Assembly (NCBI RefSeq): GCF_022985615.1
Contig: NZ_CP094965.1
Location: 124,327 to 156,326 of the forward strand
DNA from: Candidatus Karelsulcia muelleri
GTDB lineage: Bacteria > Bacteroidota > Bacteroidia > Flavobacteriales > Blattabacteriaceae
Length of the DNA: 32,000 bases
Direction: 5' to 3'
The notes below the pieces were generated by a model that was not told the DNA's origin, did no database searches, and saw only the letters and a program-made list of their open reading frames with translations. Shown here one piece after another: positions 26,583 through 32,000 of this stretch. Both the position numbers and the translations under genes were made by a program. How positions within the stretch are numbered: position 1 is the first letter of the stretch; every line of letters starts with the position of its first letter.

Positions 26583-27617
26583 TTATGGTCTTAATTTTCG
26601 TATTAATTCTCCAACTTTCCATAATTCACTATTTTTTAATTCCTTTAATTCTTTCTTTAAAATCTCTCTATAATTACTTTTACTATTTAATGAAATAGTT
26701 CGTTCTGCCTCTTTTCCAGAAGACACGTCTTTATAAAGTTCTCTAAATAAAGAAATATTAGTGTCTCTAAATTTTTTCCACCAATCTAAAGCACCTCTTT
26801 GAGCAGTAGTAGAGCAATTTTCATACATCCAATCCATTCCTTTTTCTGCTATTAAAGGCATAAGACTTTGAGTAAGCTCTTCTACTGTTTCATTAAAGGC
26901 TTCAGAAGGTGAGTGACCATTCTCTCTTAAAACTTGGTATTGTGCTGAAAATAACCCTTGAATAGCTCCCATTAATGTTCCTCTTTCACCTGTTAAATCT
27001 GAAAACACTTCTTTTTTAAAAGTTGTTTTAAATAAAAAAGCAGAACCTATACCTATACCAATTGCTAAAGCTCTTTTTTTAGCTTTCCCAGTATAATTTT
27101 GATATATTGCATAACTAGAATTTAGTCCTTTTCCTTCTTTAAATAATCTTCTCAAAGATGTTCCTGAACCTTTAGGTGCAACAAGAAAAATATCAATTTC
27201 CTTTGGTGGTAATATTTTCGTTTTTTTATTGAATGTTAATCCAAAACCATGAGAAAAATATAAAGCTTTTCCTGGGCAAAGAAATTTTTTAATTTTTGGC
27301 CAAACCTCAATCTGACCAGCATCAGATAATAAAAACATAATGATACTTCCTTTATCTGCTGCTTCTTCTATTTCGAATAGAGTTTCATTAGCTATCCATC
27401 CATCTTTTAAAGCTTTTTGCCACGATTTTGAATTTTTTCTTTGGCCTACTATTACATTGAACCCATTATCTCTTAAATTTAATGCTTGACCAGGTCCTTG
27501 TACACCATATCCTATCACTGATATTATTTCATTTGATAATATTTTTCTGGCTTTACTTAAACTAAAGTCCTTTTTAGTTATAATTTCTTCTTCTATTTCT
27601 CCAATTTTCAACTTCAT
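26583..27617 (-). CDS. ilvC: Ketol-acid reductoisomerase
   Basis: SVIGYGVQGPGQALNLRDNGFNVIVGQR, VAPKGSGTSLRRLFKEGKGLNSSYAIYQN, DLTGERGTLMGAIQGLFSAQYQVLRENGHSPSEAFNETVEELTQSLMPLIAEKGMDWMYENCSTTAQRGALDW. Confidence 0.97.
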   Translation of the reverse strand: MKLKIGEIEEEIITKKDFSLSKARKILSNEIISVIGYGVQGPGQALNLRDNGFNVIVGQRKNSKSWQKALKDGWIANETLFEIEEAADKGSIIMFLLSDAGQIEVWPKIKKFLCPGKALYFSHGFGLTFNKKTKILPPKEIDIFLVAPKGSGTSLRRLFKEGKGLNSSYAIYQNYTGKAKKRALAIGIGIGSAFLFKTTFKKEVFSDLTGERGTLMGAIQGLFSAQYQVLRENGHSPSEAFNETVEELTQSLMPLIAEKGMDWMYENCSTTAQRGALDWWKKFRDTNISLFRELYKDVSSGKEAERTISLNSKSNYREILKKELKELKNSELWKVGELIRKLRP

Positions 27618-27829
27618 TTATTTAATGCTTTATTTATATTATATAGAATATAATAATAGAATATATAATATAATATAATATAATTAATTATCTAATTAAT
27701 TAGATATTATATATAATATTAAGAGAATATAATATAATATTATCTTATCTAAGATTCTAGAATATAGAATAAAATAATCTAATTACTTTGATAGATACTA
27801 TAATGCATAGCATTATTGACAATAATAAA

Positions 27830-28268
27830 TAAATAATAGCATTTATTATTTATTATTATGAGGATTGATTATTTATGATATGATAATAAATAATAAATAA
27901 TAGCATTTATTATTTATTAGGATGAGGATTGATTATATGATAATAACTAATAAATAATAGCATTTATTATTTATTAGGATGAGGATGAGAATAAATAATA
28001 GCATTTATTACAAGAATAAATAGCATTTATTATTTATTAGGATGATATGATAATAAATAATAGCATTTATTACAAGAAATAATAAATAGCATTTATTTAT
28101 TATAATTAATTATGAATTTAATATTATTATTATGATTAATTATATTATTATTATTATTATTAATTATTAATTATGATATTTATGATATGATTTACAATAC
28201 AATACAATAATAAATAAATAGCATTAATTATGATATTTAGGATTTACAATAATAAATAGCATTTATTC
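27830..28268. repeat. Dispersed AATAAAT-AGC-ATTTATT hairpin repeats
   Basis: TAGCATTTATT recurs about 8 times in roughly 430 bp between ilvN and ilvC, often within AATAAATAATAGCATTTATTATTTATTAGGATGA(GGATTGATTAT). AATAAAT/ATTTATT is a perfect inverted repeat. Confidence 0.88.
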
Positions 28269-28473
28269 CTATAATTTTAAATAATCGTATAATTATTTTT
28301 AAGATGTTTTCTACTACACATTCAATCTCTAGTATACAGAAAACTTTATCGTCTTTTTTAAAAGATATATTTTTTTTTATTTCTAAATTAATTTTATTAA
28401 AAATCATAACTATTCTCTGATTAAAATCAGAAGTATTTTCTGAAAAAATATATAAACTTATTTTTTTTTTCAT
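28237..28473 (-). CDS. ilvN: Acetolactate synthase small subunit, ACT domain only (short)
   Basis: KISLYIFSENTSDFNQRIVMIFNKINLEIKKNISFKKDDKVFCILEIECVVENILKIIIRLFKIIGINAIYYCKS; ACT-domain pattern, immediately downstream of ilvB. Confidence 0.8.
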   Translation of the reverse strand: MKKKISLYIFSENTSDFNQRIVMIFNKINLEIKKNISFKKDDKVFCILEIECVVENILKIIIRLFKIIGINAIYYCKS

Positions 28474-28479
28474 TTTTTC

Positions 28480-30159
28480 TTAAAAACATATTTTTGATAC
28501 TGATTTTTCAGTCGGTATCATTGGTAGGGTATTATACTCTTTTTCGACTAAAATTTCTATTAAAAAAACCTCTTTAGATTTTAACATTTTCTTTATATTT
28601 TCTTTTAATTTTTCTTTAACAAATACTTTTTTACTTTTTATGTTATATGCTTTTGAAAGGTTAGTAAAATTTGGATTATATATTTTAGTATTAGAAAATC
28701 TTCTATTAAAGAATAAATCTTGCCATTGTTTTACCATTCCTAAAAAATTATTATTAAGAATTATAATTTTGATAGGTATTTCATATTGCATTATTGTCCC
28801 AAGTTCTTGAATAGTCATTTGAAACCCCCCATCTCCTACTATACATATTACTTGACGTCTTTTAGCACCTATCTTGGCACCAATAGCAGCTGGTAAAGCA
28901 AATCCCATTGTACCTAAACCTCCTGATGTTATTTGACTTTTCAGAGTAGTAAAATTAAAATATCTTGAGGCAGACATTTGATGTTGACCTACATCAGTTA
29001 CTAATATACAATTAGTTTTTTTATATAAATTTATATAATTTATTACTTCTGGCATAGTAATCCCTATTTTGTTTTTTATAAATTCTTTTTCTTTTACATA
29101 TTTCCTTTCTACTTTCTTTAATAAGTTAAAGGTTTTTACCCATTTTTCTGTGCTATTGGTTTTAAAGTTTTTAATTAAATAATTTAAATTATGTTTTAAA
29201 TTTCCTAGTAAATAAATAGTAGGTTTTAGTCTTTTGTTAATTTCGTAATTATCTATATCTATATGTATGATTAGAGTTTTTGGGGAAATTGTTTTTATAT
29301 TTCCTATAAGTCTATCATCAAAACGTAAACCTATTGCAATTATTAAATCAGATTTTAAAATTAAAATATTATTTTGGTAATTTCCATGCATTCCTAACAT
29401 ACCATAGTTCAAATTATGGTTGGTCTTTAAAATTCCCATACCTAATAAAGTACTAGCTACTGGTATGTTGGTCTTTTCTGCAAATTGTTTTAATTGATTT
29501 TCTGCATTTGCTAGTTTTACTCCTTGTCCAATTATTATTATTGGTTTACGGGCTTTTTTAATTGTTTTAATTACCTTTTGTAATTCTTTTTTATTAATTT
29601 TATTTTGTGTTTTTAGATTTGTTTTGGTTTTGGGTGGAAATATTATTACTTGGTTTAGTTGTTGAACCTGGGTATTTTTTGTTATATCTATTAATATAGG
29701 ACCTGGTCTACCATTTGTGGCTAGGTTTAAACCTTTAGATATTACTTCGAATATTTGATCTGGTTTAGTTATTTGAAAATTCCATTTTGTCACTGGTATT
29801 GATATGTCTATTATATCTATTTCTTGAAAGGCATCTGTTCCTAATAAATTTGAAGAAACTTGACCAGTTATACATAATAATGGAGTACTATCAATTAGAG
29901 CATCGGCTAAACCAGTAATTAGATTACTGGATCCGGGACCTGATGTAGATAAACAAATACCTGGTTTTCCAGTTACTCTAGCATACCCTTGGGCTGCATG
30001 AATTGATCCTTGTTCATGACGAGTTAATATGTGTTTTATTTGTTTTTTGTAAGTGAACAAGGAATCATATATTGGCATTACTGCACCACCTGGATAACCA
30101 AAAATAAATTTTACCTTATTATAAATTAAAGTTTTAACTATAATTTCAGCCCCTGTCAT
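28480..30159 (-). CDS. ilvB: Acetolactate synthase large subunit (ThDP-dependent)
   Basis: GAEIIVKTLIYNKVKFIFGYPGGAVMPIYD, RHEQGSIHAAQGYARVTGKPGICLSTSGPGSSNLITGLADALIDSTPLLCITGQV, VGDGGFQMTIQELGTI, FLGMVKQWQDLFF. Confidence 0.98.
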   Translation of the reverse strand: MTGAEIIVKTLIYNKVKFIFGYPGGAVMPIYDSLFTYKKQIKHILTRHEQGSIHAAQGYARVTGKPGICLSTSGPGSSNLITGLADALIDSTPLLCITGQVSSNLLGTDAFQEIDIIDISIPVTKWNFQITKPDQIFEVISKGLNLATNGRPGPILIDITKNTQVQQLNQVIIFPPKTKTNLKTQNKINKKELQKVIKTIKKARKPIIIIGQGVKLANAENQLKQFAEKTNIPVASTLLGMGILKTNHNLNYGMLGMHGNYQNNILILKSDLIIAIGLRFDDRLIGNIKTISPKTLIIHIDIDNYEINKRLKPTIYLLGNLKHNLNYLIKNFKTNSTEKWVKTFNLLKKVERKYVKEKEFIKNKIGITMPEVINYINLYKKTNCILVTDVGQHQMSASRYFNFTTLKSQITSGGLGTMGFALPAAIGAKIGAKRRQVICIVGDGGFQMTIQELGTIMQYEIPIKIIILNNNFLGMVKQWQDLFFNRRFSNTKIYNPNFTNLSKAYNIKSKKVFVKEKLKENIKKMLKSKEVFLIEILVEKEYNTLPMIPTEKSVSKICF

Positions 30160-31999
30160 TTATATTCTCTGTAATACACCCTTCAGAAGCTGAGTCATTT
30201 ATATTCTCTGTAATACACCCTTCAGAAGCTGAGTCATTTATATTCTCTGTAATACACCCTTCAGAAGCTGAGTCATTTATATTCTCTGTAATACACCCTT
30301 CAGAAGCTGAGTCATTTATATTCTCTGTAATACACCCTTCAGAAGCTGAAGATACTAATTTGGAATATTTAGATAAATAGCCTGAATTTGAATTATTCTT
30401 TGGTCTTTTATATTCTTTTTTTCTATTTAGTAAATCTTTTTTGGAGATTTTTAATGTTATTCGATTTTTTATAGCATCTATCTTTATTATATCTTTTTCT
30501 TGTATTAGTGCAATTACTCCACCAATTTGTGCTTCGGGTGTTATATGACCAACTACAAAACCATGAGTTCCACCTGAGAATCTGCCATCGGTTATTAAAG
30601 CAACTTTATTTCCTAATCCGGCTCCCATAATATATGAAGTAGGTTTTAACATTTCAGGCATTCCTGGACTTCCTTTGGGTCCAACATATCTGATTACTAT
30701 AACATCTCCAGATTTAATCTTATTATTTAATATTGCCTTATTGGCTTCTATTTCGGAATCAAATACTTTAGCTCTTCCAGAAAAGCAATGTCCTTCTTTT
30801 CCTGAAATTTTAGCTACGGCTCCTTTAGGTGCAATATTACCGTATAATATACGAATATGTCCTTTATTTTGTATTGGTTTGTATAATGTTGAAATTACTT
30901 TTTGATTCGAAAAAGATATATTGGGTATACCTTCTAAATTTTCTTTTATTTTTTTTCCTGTCACAGTTAAGCACTCACCATTTAGTAAGCCTTCATTTAG
31001 CAAGTATTTCATTATAATAGGAGTCCCTCCAATTGTTTCTATATCTTCCATTAAATACTTACCACTCGGTTTAAGATTCCCTATTATTGGAACATTTTCA
31101 GTAAGCTCTTTTATATTATCAATATTAAATTTGATTTTGGCTGTTTTACATATTGCTAATATATGTAATACTAAGTTAGTTGAACCGCCTAAAGCAATAG
31201 CAACTGTAATTGCATTTTTTATGGAATTTTTAGTAATTATTTTTTTAGTATTTATATTTTTTTTTAATAATTCTTTCATATAATAACCTATTTTCTTACA
31301 TTCATATTTTTTATTTATATTATTAGCTAAACAAGAAGAAGAAAAAGGTAATGTCATTCCTAAGGCTTCTAAGCTTGTGGCAACTGTGTTAGCTGTATAC
31401 ATTCCACCACAAGCTCCAGGACCTGGACAAGCATTTTTTATTATGTTTTGGTATTCTGAATTTGAGATTTGGCCTATATTTTTTTGGCCTAATGCCTCAA
31501 ATGCTGAGACAATATTTAATTTTTTTCCTTGGTATTTTCCTGATTCTATGCTACCACCATAAATTATTATTGCTGGTCTTTCTGTTCTTATTATACCCAT
31601 CAACACTCCTGGTATATTCTTATCGCAGCCTGGTATTCCAATTATACCATCATAATGTTGAGCTTTTACTACACTTTCTATACTATCTGCTATTATCTCT
31701 CTAGATGGCAAAGAATATTTCATACCTTCTGTACCCATTGTCATTCCATCACTTACTCCAATTGTATTAAACTGAAATCCAATCATATTATTTTTATTTA
31801 TTGATTTTTTTGCTTCTTTAGATAAAAGATTAAGATGCATATTACATGGGTTCCCCTCATACCAATTGCTTACTACTCCTATTTGTGGTTTATATAAATC
31901 TTTTGCTTTGATTCCTGTGGCATATAACATAGCCCTGTAAGCTGGTAATTCATCACTCTTGATTAAATGAGAACTATAGGTAGTATTTATTATAGCCAC
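30146..31999 (-). CDS. ilvD: Dihydroxy-acid dehydratase with an expanded repetitive C-terminal tail; N-terminus may extend beyond the window edge
   Basis: GVVSNWYEGNPCNMHLN, SDGMTMGTEGMKYSLPSREIIADSIE, GIPGCDKNIPGVLMGI, CPGPGACGGMYTANTVATSLEALGMTLP, LITDGRFSGGTHGFVVGHITPEAQIGG. Confidence 0.97.
   Translation of the reverse strand: MAIINTTYSSHLIKSDELPAYRAMLYATGIKAKDLYKPQIGVVSNWYEGNPCNMHLNLLSKEAKKSINKNNMIGFQFNTIGVSDGMTMGTEGMKYSLPSREIIADSIESVVKAQHYDGIIGIPGCDKNIPGVLMGIIRTERPAIIIYGGSIESGKYQGKKLNIVSAFEALGQKNIGQISNSEYQNIIKNACPGPGACGGMYTANTVATSLEALGMTLPFSSSCLANNINKKYECKKIGYYMKELLKKNINTKKIITKNSIKNAITVAIALGGSTNLVLHILAICKTAKIKFNIDNIKELTENVPIIGNLKPSGKYLMEDIETIGGTPIIMKYLLNEGLLNGECLTVTGKKIKENLEGIPNISFSNQKVISTLYKPIQNKGHIRILYGNIAPKGAVAKISGKEGHCFSGRAKVFDSEIEANKAILNNKIKSGDVIVIRYVGPKGSPGMPEMLKPTSYIMGAGLGNKVALITDGRFSGGTHGFVVGHITPEAQIGGVIALIQEKDIIKIDAIKNRITLKISKKDLLNRKKEYKRPKNNSNSGYLSKYSKLVSSASEGCITENINDSASEGCITENINDSASEGCITENINDSASEGCITENINDSASEGCITENINDRG
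30155..30349. repeat. 39-bp perfect tandem repeat (x5) in the ilvD 3' end / ilvB start region
   Basis: gtcatttatattctctgtaatacacccttcagaagctga at 30155, 30194, 30233, 30272 and 30311 with no visible mismatches. Encodes (SASEGCITENIND)n in ilvD. Confidence 0.98.
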
Positions 32000-32000
32000 A

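Noticed and set aside
27830-28268. CRISPR or IS-type explanation for the AATAAATAGCATTTATT repeats
   Set aside because: Spacing is irregular, the units are very AT-rich short palindromes, and no transposase or cas gene is present.
30155-30349. CRISPR-like array at the 39-bp repeats
   Set aside because: Units are directly adjacent with no spacers, lie inside coding sequence, and have no cas genes nearby.
30675-31704. Several 60-120 aa ORFs antisense or frame-shifted within ilvD
   Set aside because: ilvD is intact through this region, and these lack domains.

Overview
This window is AT-rich and gene-dense, and looks like part of a strongly reduced Bacteroidota (Flavobacteriales-like) insect-endosymbiont genome. 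That placement is an inference from gene content, gene order and protein style, not from a database search. The left half is the long str/S10/spc/alpha ribosomal-protein operon: rpsL-rpsG-fusA-rpsJ-rplC-rplD-rplW-rplB-rpsS-rplV-rpsC-rplP-rpsQ-rplN-rplX-rplE-rpsN-rpsH-rplF-rplR-rpsE-rplO-infA(frameshifted)-rpmJ-rpsM-rpsK-rpsD-rpoA-rplQ-rsmH. It is flanked by pnp(partial)-rpsO, rpmE2 and tsaD. rpmC, rpmD and secY are missing from their usual positions. The right half has rnpB, mutL, lysS, tRNA-Arg(ACG), pdhA, pdhC, an HsdR_N-like nuclease-fold gene, a decayed holA, trxB, ilvC and the ilvD-ilvB-ilvN cluster. I see no mobile element, CRISPR array, defence island or biosynthetic cluster. The most notable pattern is repeated short, perfect tandem duplication at gene ends and starts. 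Examples are five 39-bp units across the ilvD/ilvB overlap, a 51-bp duplication of the rnpB 5' end reaching into rsmH, a 15-bp x5 array in mutL, and a 42-bp hairpin-rich tandem downstream of trxB. These occur alongside a mutL whose conserved motifs look eroded, and two genes (holA, infA) that appear frameshifted.
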